Part shown: one piece after another, positions 27,038-40,799 of the stretch
Numbering within the stretch: the first letter of the stretch is position 1
How the letters are laid out: each line of letters begins with the position of its first letter
Assembly (NCBI GenBank): GCA_965644295.1
Contig: CBFFRP010000414.1
Span: 35,004-99,003, forward strand
DNA: 64,000 nucleotides
Reading direction: 5' to 3'
Source of the DNA: Paraphysomonas bandaiensis
Taxonomy: Eukaryota > Protista > Chrysophyceae
Made by a program: the position numbers and the translations under genes
The notes under the pieces: model-generated
What the model was told of the DNA's origin: nothing
Databases searched by the model: none
The model's input: the letters and a program-made list of their open reading frames with translations, nothing else

Positions 27038-27790
27038 AAAAGTATCAACATTTGCAACCTTACTAAAATCTAGTCTACTACAGTGAGGGAAGAAGCAACA
27101 ACCTATAATAATATCATTGCTCCGGCACAGCGATTGACCATAATAATAAAAAGCAAAAAGGAAAACAACGCTAAAAATATATTGAAATTAATCGCAAAAT
27201 TGTCAGACACCGTTGAAAGAAATCGGTAAGAAAGTCAATTTTAGGAATTTGGCAAGGAGTAGTGTTCACTACGTCTTTTAGTTACGTTCAATTATTTATT
27301 TTGAGAAGTAGAGAATTGACGTTCCCGTTATAGTTAACAACGGGTTATGTGGAGGCTATATACTGTACTGCGTTCTAAACTTCTAAACAAAAAGCCTGAG
27401 TTTTAAAATTGGACAAGGGGTTATTATCCTCATGAAAACCGAATATATCTAGAATGCATAAAGTCGATGACATAAAATAGTGCTATCTATGTATTATAAC
27501 TAACTAAAAATACTTACAAAAGCGATAATTAGCTGAACTTCTGACATATTCACTAAAAAATAATAATAGATGCTGAATCAACTGCACCTGTGTTTACTCA
27601 CCACTCCTTATTAGTGGGTTCCGCAATATAACCCCACCTCGGAGTACACAGTTTCTTTCTAATGGAAGGGATATGAGTCATATACTATAATATCCTGGTG
27701 GGCAACATTCAATATTTAGTACATTACACAAACAATCATAATCTATTAGCAAATTGTAGCTTGCTTGCTGTTGAAATATAGGTGCTCCCT

Positions 27791-28973
27791 CCCTCAACAA
27801 AGTCGGACTCACATCTTTTCGTGGTGTTCTGGGGGATAAGTACAGTAGGAAACTGATGTGAGCCGCATACTATATAGTCGGCAGATATTGTTCTGCCCAC
27901 TCGTATACCCTCTAATGGTTGTGTGGTACAAAAAGGACACTAAGAGAAGTGTCACTTGTGTAGAATAAACAGGCATTTGGGACAGGGCCCACCTGAATGG
28001 TAACCGGGGTATAGGGCTGCCTGCTGAAGTTAACCATCCGGGATGTTCACCTTCAGAACTCAAAAAACATGAAGTCAGCAGATGTCAGGTATATCAACAT
28101 TCTGCTTGCTCACTGCGTTTGCTTTGAGTGATTGATGCTGAGTATGAGTTCACATTATTTTTTGGTATCTGTGTGGCCAATGACCGACGTAATATATGCG
28201 TCAAACTTTCCTCATGGATGCATGCATGGCAATGATGTGACTAAACCTGTCATGTCTTTTTACACGTCTACTGCCTAGTCTTGGTTTCTCCTGACCCAGG
28301 TCATTGAGATTATATCAAGGCTCTGGCACTCTTCTCCAAGCAGTGTCAGGTACATTGGTGTGTGCTTTAATGTTATTTCTTACTTAATAAGTTTTTATCG
28401 GAGCCGAGAAGGTGCACGGTTTACTACTAGCGTAAGTCACTCGGGTGAAGAGTGAGTGCAAGGTGGATGCATGTGCTAGACGAGTGCACATACATAATGG
28501 AGGGAAGACATTTTGGAGTCAGCTTGCATTTGTAACAGATTTTGGGAGACATCTCTTTCATGCGTTAGCGTGCAAAAATGCACTAGACCGCTTCGTGACC
28601 GTGAGAGGACCCGGCGCTAGAGCTACTCTACTCTCCCCTCCAGACTATCTGCAGCTGTGAACACCACCTTTTAAAGAGGGCCCTAAAGATCTGCCGCATG
28701 TACAGGAGACATATGCCGAAGACATTGACCGCAAGTTGTTTGTGTTAGGACAAGTAGATTGGGCAGGGGCGTAGTATGATCCGGCTTAAACACGCAACTT
28801 GTCGTATGCCCATGTAGCTAACTAAGTTGTGTTGTATAGTTGAACACTTGTCGGTGCATGCAATATAGTAACTAGATGAGAGTCATGTTATGCTTAGTGT
28901 CGCGCGAGTTGTTAGGTTGGTCGCGGCAACACACAAGCTTGCGCTTCTTAAAAATCAGATTTTCAATAATAAT
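27791..28973 (+). mobile_element. SINE-like retroposon, long form (copy 4), 9-bp TSD GTGCTCCCT, (AAT)3 tail
   Basis: TSD at 27782-27790 and 28974-28982. Colinear with copy 2. Confidence 0.85.
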
Positions 28974-30039
28974 GTGCTCCCTGATTAAAATGAAGAAAAC
29001 AAATGAAAAATCAAAGTACTGTTTCAAATCAATAGGATCTATAATCAATACAAAAGAGAAACTCGAAACAAATATTTTTCTATTTCTATAACTACAACAA
29101 ATGTACCCCTACCGTATACGAATGCCGTGAGACTTCGTGTTGTCGTTGGCATCGTCGTCATCACTCTTAATCCCTGTTTGTGCAACTGACTTGAATGCTG
29201 TGTGAATGATATGATATATATCACAATCCTGATGTTGTGCACGACGTGACCCTAACAACCCAGAAAGGACTGGGTACCATTGCTCCATATCTCCTTCAGC
29301 ATTAGATGTGGCATTTGAACTAAGTACTGGATATAAAGATAGATCACTTGCACTGACGTGATTTCGAATCTTCGAATCAGACGAAGGATGGAGTGCTACT
29401 ACGAGCTACAATTTCTTGATGAAATGCTTTTGAAAGTCGAATCATCATTATGGTTTCCTTAAAATATATAATAAAATGACTTTCGAATAGCTGTCAATTT
29501 CGTAATTAAAGATAGAAGATAGATTCTGTTCGAACCGAATACTTATATATTGAATGTTTGTACTTGCCCGGTGCTAATGTTGATTATCCTTTGTAAGTAT
29601 AGATAGCACTAATATGTATAATGCAACCGTTGCATTCTCACGTTTATGATCTGTAACTAACATAAAGCTTATTAAGTGCCTTAAAAAACATGTTCATTTC
29701 ACACATACTACATTAATTATTGCAAAACACAACATAACTTCAACTTAAATCAAAAATTTCACCAGGTTTGGGCATCACATCGACTTAATGTGGGCATTCT
29801 GGTGAACCCAACTCAGGTCCGAAAACACTCTCGTGGAGAAAAATATGGATAAGCTTTACTATGACAAAGATTTCAGCCCTGACCTCTGTCTGCCTGATCG
29901 GGACGGCGTAAATAAAACAAGGCGACTGCTTAAAAATTATACATCTGCTTACTTACTTACGAAGTACAACAACTACCTAAACAAATTGAATTCAAACTCA
30001 ATATATCATAAAATTATGTACTACAACAGCATGTTACAG

Positions 30040-33000
30040 CTACTTCGCTTTCCTCATTCTATTCTTCGAAGTCGTATTAGTTTTACGTGACCTTTGCCTC
30101 GAAGAATATTGCGGCTGCTTTGAACGCTCTGTACTTCCATTTAATTCAGCATTGTCATCGTCTGAGTCGTTATCACCGACAAGGATATTTACTAGAGGAG
30201 CGAGATCATATGCCTCCACACTCTCTTGTGCCGACTTTTCTCGCGAGGTAATGCGTTCTGACCGTTTGGCCCGCCTAGCTTGAGGACGGGACTCCGATGC
30301 AGACGACAGAGCAAGTGCGCGCAGTATTACTGCGGCATCATCATTGTCACTACCACTGCCACTATCTGATGCACACCCCTGGTACTGCTGACGTTCGCTA
30401 CGTAAGTTCGTCGTTTTCGTCTTTCGGGCAGAAGAAATAATTGTAGTTGTAGAGCGTGAAGAAATAGAGTTGTCGTCCTCCTCACTACTGCTGCTGCTGC
30501 CGTTTCCTGAAGCATCACCAAATGAGTCCAGAAGGGTGGCCAGCTGTTCCTCTGCAGTTGCAATGGCAGAGTCGTTCAGAGTAAAGTCACCTCTCTTCTC
30601 TGATGATTTTCTAGTCGTCACTTTGTTTTTTCTTTTACGTGAGCTCTGAAATTAATGATGAGAACATACATACACAGAACATAGATTCCAACCTCATTCA
30701 CGGGTTTTCCGGATGCCGGTGCTTTCTTCTTTTGAACTACACCTGTTTCAACATCTTTGTCTAACGTGCTACTGCTCTTGTACTGACTTTTCTGCTGATG
30801 CTCGCCCGACATGAGAGCTACACGACTGCTGCTTGTGTCCACAGGCATATCACAGCTTGTATCTGATTCCACTAATCTACCACGATACTGCTTGACAGCA
30901 AAAAATAACAACCCCACGCCTAGTGCTGTTAAAAGTACAATGTACTGTGTGTTAAGGATAGAACTACTATTGTGCGATCCATCTTCAGAGTTCTTTGACA
31001 CGAAGGAAAGTGGCGATCTGTTAGGGTATTCATCTCCCTGATTAACATTTTTCCACCCCTCCTCCGAAATACTCTTGAGCTGTATACTTCCATGATCTAC
31101 AAGATCAGTATGAATATTCATGCTGTTCAAAAGCTGGGCCTCTTCGTCCAAGTAAGTAGCAAATGTCCCAGATTCTATGGCCAGTGTCAAGTCATCATAT
31201 GCATTCAAATATGCGTCGTGTGGGCTATCGAAGTCCACATTGTCCAAGCCATACAACCTAACAGGAATGTAGACTTTAAACATCAAGTACGTGTTGGCAC
31301 CAATCACTTGAGTCTTAAAATCGGAATGGAGAGAAGTAGTACCAAACACGCTTGAAAAGGCGTAGGTTAGAACGTCGATGTCTGCGGCGGTGAGGTCTTG
31401 AAGTTTAATCCTACTCAGTACAATCACACCAGACATAAGTACGTCTACCTCCAACACATCGCTACAGTATGTAGTCCGTGTAAACTGCTCAACCGCATCA
31501 CAGGAGTAGTCATTAACACTAAAGGCAAGATGTTCCTGAGCACCTCCTGTCCTACCACAGAACTCCCAGGTATGGGAACCGGAGTCAATGTCCAGCGCCC
31601 CACCCACTCGAAGAATAAAATCTCCCTTGGGGGGTAGGACCTGCCAACAAGACAATTCCATAACAGAATCGCATAAAGTACCACTTGCAAAGAGATGCTT
31701 GCCCTTGCTATCGGAAATATAGAACTGCGTTCCGAGGTTATCATCCCGGAACCAGGAGTCCATATCAGCATCGATCATCTTGAAGAACTCCCAATTATCC
31801 ACGTCAGATTGCGCAAGTGTGGGAGCTGGGGAGATCGTTGGGGAAGCCGTTTGACCCTTTCCCCCTTTCCCACCCTTGAGTTTCCGGTTACCCGCAGCTA
31901 ACACCTGTCGATCGATAGCTGTATCACGGTTATCTGCAATCTCAACTGGAAATGGTAACGACCTAAGTCGCCTCCCCCCCTCCCATGTAGGAGCAGAGGA
32001 AGGAGAAGACGTGTCACACGGAACAGAATCGTCGTCTGTAGCGTTCGATCCCCCCGACCCACCGGATCCTCCTGACCCACCGGACCCTCCAGGTTTCGGT
32101 TTTGGTTTCGGTTTAGGCGTAGGTTTGCCGGAAAGACATGTCGAGGTGCAGGTAGAGTTGTCCTTGATGTTCCTGGCCTCCACGAGAGATAAATCCTTAC
32201 GATCACAGTCCCAGTTTAGGGTCATCTTAGTAGTGTGGTCGCCGTAAAACCATCTTCCAGTTTCCTCAAAAAAAACTCCCCAATGTATCTCCCAGTGAAA
32301 GGGATGGTCCGCACCGCGGGGAATCTCTATGAAGACTTCTCCACATTCGCCATGCTCCGCTGGACACCACCGCAAATATTTGGGGTTGGATATGTCGTCA
32401 CAGCTAGGTGCGTATCTCTCGGAGTGACCACTTGGTTGCGTAATAACCAGATCCGCTCCGGACCAGCCGTCCCCGTAGTGATCTCCAAGCGAAATGACAA
32501 TACATTCGTAGGTTTGGTCCGTATGGTATTGGTCTATAGTGCGCGTCGGCGTCGCAGGATCATAGTAAGCGCTGTAAATATCAGTGCCGGTGACAACAAT
32601 TTCATCACCAAATTCACTTTGATCATTCGGTGTACCATAAAAGTCATCTACAAGTGTCCAAACGCCATCTATCTTCCTGTATACATAGTAACCACCATCC
32701 ATATACGTGGCAGCCAATTCATCGCAGTTGTCTGCGTCAATAACTGCATCCCTATTGGCTGCCTGTACTACCATTATGTCGTCATATACGTCCACCTCAC
32801 TTCCGAAGTAAGAACAATTAGACGCATCAGGCGCCACTATAGTCTGCATTAGACTCCATCTACTAACTTCGCACTGTGGGGTAGGTTTCGGTCCACTCTT
32901 CGGGGGGCAGTGATCTTCGACATGGGCCCACTCCTCCCAGAACACTCTTTGGGCCTTGTCACGCATTTCTACAAGCTCTGTGAAAGACAGCATTGTAGGA

Positions 33001-34043
33001 AATATATCACTATCGCAATCCCCTGTAAATGTCTCCAAATCGTATGAATAAACTGTTCCGTAGTCTGGCCCATTCTCATCGGCGTAAGGAAATCCCACCA
33101 CAAGATTATCTTCGTACATAGATACTTCCATTTCGCCTTCACAGTCCACGCCTGAGCTCAAGACCTGCTGTTCACTCCACTGAAGAGTCATTGTCTGTTT
33201 TATGTCGCTCAATGGTACAGCCCAGCGGGAAAGAGCCGTCGCTATCTCAGCGTCAATATCGGCTGCACTCTCTGTGATTATAGCACGTGACGATGTGCAG
33301 GGTTTGGGTGGGGGAGGCGGTGGTTTCTCTTGCTCGAAAAAGTAGATGGAGCAGTCTCCCGGAGCACTAATCACAGCATACCGGTCCACAATATCCACTT
33401 GAGTTCCAAAGTTTGAATTTGCAGAAGTCCCGCTACCTAGAAGTTTTTGTCCTTCGGTCCAGTACTTGGCGGTCGGAGAGGACTCGAATACATATGCGGA
33501 ACCGGACGCGCTTCCAGTATCGTCATCTAGATTCGCACCAACCAGTGCAGTGCGAGGGTCAAATTCATCAATAGCAACACTCACTCCAAAATTATCATTA
33601 GCAATACCATCTTGAGCCCGTAGCTCTTGCTGTTGGGTCCAATGAGTGGATGTGTCTTTAAAGACAAAAGCTGAACCCTCACCAGATGGACCTCCTCCAG
33701 GTGCCCCAGCTAATAAAATATCCATTGTCCTTAAACTTTCCCCACCATCAAGTGATGATCCAAACTCAATTGTTGTGGGTAAATCTATACCTAACGATGC
33801 CCCATTACTCCATCCAGTCGTCCCTGAGCCATATATATACTCCTCATAGTATATCTGAACTGGTTCAGCCCCTCCAACATCACCCACAGCAACTGTTTTA
33901 ATATTTCCAAATGCAGCAATATCACCTGCAGGTACAGCTGTAACTGGTTCAGTTGATTGTATAGATGGGGTTGATAATGTCCATTCTTGACTGTAAACAA
34001 TGGAAACATATGAAACTATGTATAAACCCCACAGTCTCATCAT
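30040..34043 (-). CDS. Type I membrane protein with FG-GAP repeats (integrin-alpha-like propeller) and a long Ser/Arg/Asp-rich cytoplasmic tail
   Basis: Signal peptide MMRLWGLYIVS...; repeats such as FGSSL...LAGAP...GSAFVF and FGVSVAID...LVGA...GSAYVF; TM segment YIVLLTALGVGLLFFAV. A phase-0 GT-AG intron at 30646-30692 joins ORF 30040..30621 in frame. Confidence 0.85.
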
Positions 34044-34860
34044 CCTGCTATTTAAATAGAATAACAATCAAGTGGCTTACTAAACTACCTTAATGTGGAG
34101 ATTACACACACCCTCATATCATAACATGATGTATATATGGGTAATTAGGGTCTATACTAAGACACGTGCTTGTTAAGGTGTTGGTGAGATGGATGTATAT
34201 GTGTATGTATGCAGGGATGTGTATATGTATGTATGTATGTATGTGTATGTATGTATAGTGAAAAATTAGACCGGGGATAAAATAGGGGCACCATTAAATG
34301 ATCTGTACAGCAGCATATGGGAGTATATTACAATAACTGAAAATATCTCTTTAAGATATGAAAGTGTGGGAATAGAAGTGAGTATGGAATAGGAGGGATT
34401 TTGGGGGTGTTGTCATGGCTAGAAATTGAAATATTTACCTTTTTGATGAATAAATTTAGGATACTGTATAAAAATAATATTATTTAGGGAATATTACCAA
34501 TTTATTATATTTTTTTCTTTTGAATCTATAAAAATACAGGATTTTTCATATTGGAATGGAGTGTGTACTGTAAATATACACACCTACTCTTGTACATGTA
34601 CAGCAGTACATACATGTATACACAGTCCATATATACACAACTGTAACAGGCATTAAGTACCATATCAGCTAACCATATATGGTTATCTACCTAAATCATT
34701 CATCTTTCCACTTCCCACACCATCTGTAGTGGAAAGATATCTCTCTCATCCATAGATAGAATGCAGGACCCTATTGAGGGGTGACATGAGCCTCTATATG
34801 GGTTGATATAATACACACTGACAATACATACATATATCTATAGAAATATTAAGATATCGA

Positions 34861-36934
34861 ATGAAAGATACCACTAATGATAGTGATGGACAGAGTAATA
34901 GTTTGGAGAAGAGGATTGGACAATGGCAACGACTCAGTCGAGTGAACTGGGAGTGGAAGCATCGTCCCTCACATAGGAGAAAGACGATAGATGCGGTGTT
35001 AAAAGGAGAGAGTTTGGCGAAAAGTCTCAAAGATGACTTTTCTTCCTTAGAAGAAGTTGAAAAGGGTCTTGCAGCTATGTCTAGTTTTGTTGCATCAGAA
35101 AATCGGTATGAACAGGATGTGCAATGCGATGTTGCTGGTGAGCGTATTGATGTTGTGGATTGCATGCAACTGGTGAATAAGGCGAGAGAGAAAGCGAAAC
35201 GGGCCAAGATGGAAGCTAAGAGCAAGATAGTGGAACAGACACCTGACAGGCCAAAGCCACGCCCCCTCTCTGGAAATACCATGGGGAAGCGAAAACCACC
35301 TCTACTCGACACCGGTGAAGATGCTACTGCCCGTCCAAGTTTGAATTGCCGTCAGCAGGAGCAAGACTTGACTTTCTTGACCGGAGTTGATGTAGGCACC
35401 GAGGAGGAACACCTGCAAAAGGAAAAATCTCCGAAAATAAAAGCTCCCAAGCGATCTGTTTCCGCTGGAGCGTCGCGACCTCGCTCGTCACAGGCTAGTG
35501 TTCCACCGCCAACCCATGCAGAGCGTCCTCCAAAGCCACTTCCTGCTCCGGGTAGACTTGCTGAGAGGCAGTTGGAATGGCTGATGCGTGTGGAGTCTGA
35601 GAAGCGTCTTGCAAGAATGGAACGAGAAACTGAGGCTGTGCGGGAGCTACACCACGCTCCCGACGTAAGCAGGACACAAGAAAGCTGGGAGAGAGCGAAG
35701 AGGGAACACGCCCGCCAAATATCTCGGGAGCAGGCACGGGAAGCCATGCAACAGGTGAACCGTACGTTGCCATACATTCATACTTGCATTCCCCACTATA
35801 AGCTCACTGTGCCATAGAAAATGGAAGCAATGCGAGAGGAGATGCGAGCTCTACGAATAGAGGAGAAAGCTATGCGTCTACGCTGTTATGAGACGGAGGC
35901 CAGACTACTTCAAAAACAGAACCAACAGAGTCGTCGACGTAAGAAACCGAAAAAGAAGAAGAGACGTTCGAGAAGCCGATCCGCTCCTGTCGAATCTGCT
36001 TCTTCAGAACCCACAAAGGATACTAAAAAGCAGACTGGTGATGCACTTGACCTGGTTCTTAGTCCTGAGCCTTCTGATGATGAGAAAAAGGATGGGGAGT
36101 CCTCACTTCTTGGAAGAACATTAGTACATGCTGCTGAAGGAAAGAACAGTAGTCGTTCGGATGATAGTACAGAAGAGTCGTCTGAAATATTTGCGCATCG
36201 TATAAGGAGTGAAGGGAACTGGCAGAGGAGTTGGGACGAAGAGTCAACCGAGAAAAGTGAAATCGGGAACTGGCGTAGGAACTGGAATGATGAAGCAGCT
36301 GTTAAAAGCGAAGCCGGAAACTGGCGTCGGGGTTGGGATGGACAATCATCGGAGAGGGTTGAAGCTAATCATGTTGACGACAGTATAGCAGATTCTTGTT
36401 CTCTTCAATCTGATATATCGAATCTAACTGACCGAACTGGACACACTCCGGCCATTCTATCTGAGGTTCACAGGTGACCACTATAATATATCTGTACTTA
36501 TTGCATAGCTTATCACATGTGAACCGCTACAGACGCACAACCGATTTCTCGTATAGACCAGGTGGGCCTACATCGCCTCCCTCTGCCGGACATGGGGGTA
36601 TAGCGTGGCAGCCAAGAGTGAAATTCTTTGACGCATCCTCAACTGCCGACAAGGGAAGACATAGAGTCAATGACGCGAGGTATGTATATTCAGAATTGAT
36701 ATTTATTAGTTATTTGTCTTTAGGGATTTCGATACGAAGACCATGTATAGAAAAACAGATATCTTAAATTCTTCGGTGACATTGCTGATGGGTCAACGCC
36801 GCAACAGTGCACAAGTAGAAATAATTACTGTGCTATTTGACAGAAGTGAATTCAGTGAAGACGGTGCTAAGAAATGGTGGGAAGCAAACAGGGAAAGATT
36901 TAGTTGTCATAATTCCACAGAAGCGTACTGTTAG
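34861..36934 (+). CDS. Unknown coiled-coil/low-complexity protein with a small C-terminal globular domain, multi-exon
   Basis: ORFs of 318 aa, 218 aa and two shorter ones can be linked by short GT-AG introns. Contains three GNW-R-W repeats. Confidence 0.7.
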
Positions 36935-37353
36935 CTGTGTCAGGAATGTATTATAGAATAAGTTGCTCCGGGGATGTACGTATACGTATCGGTAAGCTGA
37001 CATGATGTGTTATATGGTTGTAGTTGTTTGCATAAGTGTAGTGGCAGTAAATAGCACTCTGATGACACCAAACGTGATTTGCTTGCTTGCGGTTTATACC
37101 ATTCAAGGAAAACATTGTAGTTTCAATGTTCTCAATCATGTATGTAGATGTGTGCATATTCTTAATAGAGTGCTCCTGTAGATATCTAAGCGAAAACTCA
37201 AAATTGCTAGGCGAAATCCATAAGCATAGTTATAGCACGGTAACAAAATAGTGACTGTAAGAATAATAGTCATCTCTGAATGTCTGAATGCCAGCTTGTG
37301 GCGACATCCATAAGCAATATACTTAAAAGCTATAAGCTATAGATAGCTTATAC

Positions 37354-37455
37354 CAGGGCCTGGTAACTGGTAACCGTTAATGGTAATGGCATTAATGGTC
37401 ATTAATGGTAATGCCATTATAATTTCCGGAACATTTTTCGTTAATGCCATTATAA
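37354..37455. mobile_element. Truncated, oppositely oriented copy of the hAT-type MITE
   Basis: Begins CAGGGCCTGGTAAC and is the reverse complement of ~37630-37730. Confidence 0.75.
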
Positions 37456-37586
37456 TTTAACATTGTACCGCTCCACGTATTTTAGTGCAACTGTATCGTG
37501 TGAAAGCACTTATAGTCTATAAGATTTTAGTTTATTTGAGACGCTTACAAGGGACTGCCGTGATTAGAAATAAGGATAGCATATGT

Positions 37587-37730
37587 CAGGGCCGGGTAAC
37601 CATTAATGGTAGTCCAGTTCCCGGCAAATATAATGACATTAATGAAAAATGTCCCGGCAATAATAATGGCATTACCATTAATGACCATTAATCCATTAAT
37701 GTCATTACCATTAACGGTTACCAGGCCCTG
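37587..37730. mobile_element. 144-bp hAT-type MITE with 8-bp TSD GCATATGT
   Basis: TIRs CAGGGCC(G/T)GGTAACC...GGTTACCAGGCCCTG. TSD at 37579-37586 and 37731-37738. Confidence 0.88.
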
Positions 37731-37987
37731 GCATATGTGATACATCTTTACAGTAGCTATTCACAACAGCAATTATTTCAACTTTCTTTCCATAATAACA
37801 TGACGCTGGAGTTTAAAAAATCAAGTGTTTTGACTGATTACAGTAACACATTCAAATGTGTGTACGGAAGCATTGATATATCGATTATTTATTACGACTG
37901 TACTTACAAAGGTGCATTATCAAAAAAAAACGAATTGCGGCGCACATACAGATGGTATTCCCAGTCATCTCCCACACTCACTTCTTA

Positions 37988-40249
37988 CTAGAATATCGTA
38001 CGGACATACTTCCATATATGCCTCCGAAAAATAATCGTTGTTCCGATCGTTAAAACAGTCAGCACTGGAGTGATATTCATCTGCAGAAAAGATGCAATTG
38101 AGGTGAAGATACTGTACCATCCCGTTGACGAGGAATCAGGTTGTGGAGCGTGCTTCACTACACACTCATCTATGGTCTGTATCAACTGACTTACCACACC
38201 CCGTTCTAGCGAAAATAGCTTCTCAACCTGAGGCAGACCCCGCTCGCGCACATGCTGAACCGCCATATCATATGCCGCTCCTCCTTCTTCTTCGCTACTG
38301 GTCGCACCATCGGACGAATCGCCTGAAATGGGTTCGGGTAGTTTGGCGCAGATGAAAATTCGCGGCACATTGGTAGGAATTACGGTCAAGTCGAGATCGC
38401 GGACATATTCGAAAGAGCTTACATGACGGGCATCGAAGACAAGCAGCGCAAGATGGCATGGTTCAGTCTTTTTTATCCAATCATATTCAGCACCGGTAGG
38501 AACCGCACTAGCCACAAAGTGCGCTGTCGCTCTATCTTTACCTCGTGTTCGGAAGAAGCCGCCCGACACACCTGAATGCGTGGTACCCGTCATCACAGAG
38601 GGGTCAACGCCCGCTAGCCCACACACCACCGACGCAGAGAGCACACCACCACTATCTGATGGGGGAGAGAACACGCTTAGTCGAGATACAGACCGTGACT
38701 TCCCCCTGGGGACAGAAATGCGCTCCAAGAAGAAGCAGTCCGACAGCCCCATATGCAATAGCAGCTCCTAAGGATATCCAATAGCTATGAGTTGCACACG
38801 TATAAATCAGTACAAATAGGCAAATGTACCTTGGTCAGGGTTGGCCTCTGGACCGCCAACACCTGCCACTGGTTAATCCACGCCTCCATGCAATCTCTGC
38901 TAGTTTTACTGAATACTACTGGTGTACACTCTGGGTCAAGCCCCGGTTTTCCTGATAGAGCTGGGGTTGACTTCCATATATCACGATATACCGGTGGCAG
39001 TACAGATAATGCCTCCTCCACACGATCGATCTTCTCTGTCCCAGCCTGTGTGAGAGTGGATGTGAAGGCCGGGTCCTGTAATACCAATGCACACAGGAAC
39101 CGCTCCGCGGCAGGGGACAGAGCATAAGTTAGCCTCGGCTCATCTACTATCTCCCTGTCGCCCTCGTCATCATCATCCTCAGCCGGTACAGGGCACTGCA
39201 GGTCGTAATCATATTCATGGTGCATCAGAATGCGCCACGGGGTGTAAGGCAGCGGGCTCTGAGCCATACCCACCTCCATCAGTGTCAGGAAACCTATAAA
39301 AGTTATGTTCCCAGTATCTGAGGCAAGAACACGGTTGCGCCACTGAGAGCAGGCTTTCAATGGCAGCATCCGCTTTATGGCCCGTAGCTCCTCGTCCGAT
39401 AGACTGATCCCGAAGCATCTGCACATCGTCACATTCATCAAACCATCATCACAGAAAAACAAAAACGACACCTGAGCTGGAGGTCTCTGAACTCATAGTC
39501 AGATAAGCATCCGTCACTGTCGCAATCATGAATTCGGAATATGCGCTTCAGAGCACGGAGAGCGGGGTCGGTGAACTTGTCCGTCCTTATGTCGTACAAG
39601 GGGGCAAGTGGGAATATGGCGATGCCCTCTGCGAGAGCAAACAAGCTCTCAACGTCATCCGGGTTCGCAAGGGCGGAAGAACGGTATGTGCCATACACAA
39701 AAGGAAATGACTCCTTGTAGGAATTAAGAACCGCATTATGAGTTACGTCTACGTGCAGGAGCTCTTCGTCGCTCAAGAGGTCACTCTTTGTTCGAACCAA
39801 TAAAGCAGCTTTACACGGATCATCTTGAAAGACTTCTTTAACTAACGGTAACCACACCTCCGTGACACTTGTGAGGGTACTCGAGTGGCTAGCATCGAAT
39901 AAAACTATGACAGTGTCCGCAACATGTAGTTTACTCAATAATATTTCTCTATCTTCCAGTGCAGCTGCGCAACACTTAGCACACCAACCCAATAACCTAC
40001 CCCATTTACCTGACGTGTCCAGTAAAGTCACCCCTTCAGACGGGAGCATGGGTTCCATAGACGGAATGATCTCATCTGGCGCCACAGGCTCCACAAAAGC
40101 AGGAAAACTCTTCGATATAAATGTTTTAATTAAACTTGTTTTTCCTGTACCAGCTATACAAAAAAAAATCCATATGAATTCATATGAAATATATGTCTAT
40201 ATCCCCTACCATCACCAACAACTACAATAGTAACTCCTCGTGATCTCAT
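37988..40249 (-). CDS. MIRO: Mitochondrial Rho GTPase (Miro/GEM1-like)
   Basis: IVVVGD|AGTGKTSLI P-loop, LLDTS, TKSDL, FPLAPLYD...ALKRIFRIHDCDSDGCLSDYE (EF hand), a second degenerate GTPase region and a C-terminal tail anchor. Confidence 0.85.
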
Positions 40250-40799
40250 GACTGTATTCTCGGCTATGATGACTGTATTTATCGGCTATTTAATTCAGTG
40301 AAATGGATATCTAGATAAATATTTTAATTTAGCATTATGTTTGCTATAAATTCAATCAAAATCTCGGAATGGTTTTGGTAAAGAGGGGGGGAGGTTTAGT
40401 GGGTGAATATAGTGGAGATAGTGAGGGAATGATTGAGAGGTTTGTTCTTGTAGTAGTCAAGAAGATTATAGTGTGAATTAACTATGTATGTATATGTATG
40501 TATATGTACATATGTACATGTATGTATGTATGTATGTAGGTGTGTGTATTTTATATGGAGAATATTAACATACTCACATAGGAACATATAGAAACATTTA
40601 ATATGTACCTCTACATATGTATTGTAGTACATACGACAGCAGTACATATTATCATACATATACTCGTTCTACAAAGCAGTGTTGAGTACGTACCTGTATA
40701 TAAGTCTTGTAGTACACTTGTAAAGCACATTCCTGTACATGTCCTCAGAATATATCTCAAAAAACACAAAAATATACAGTATAAATTATGAGTAACAAA

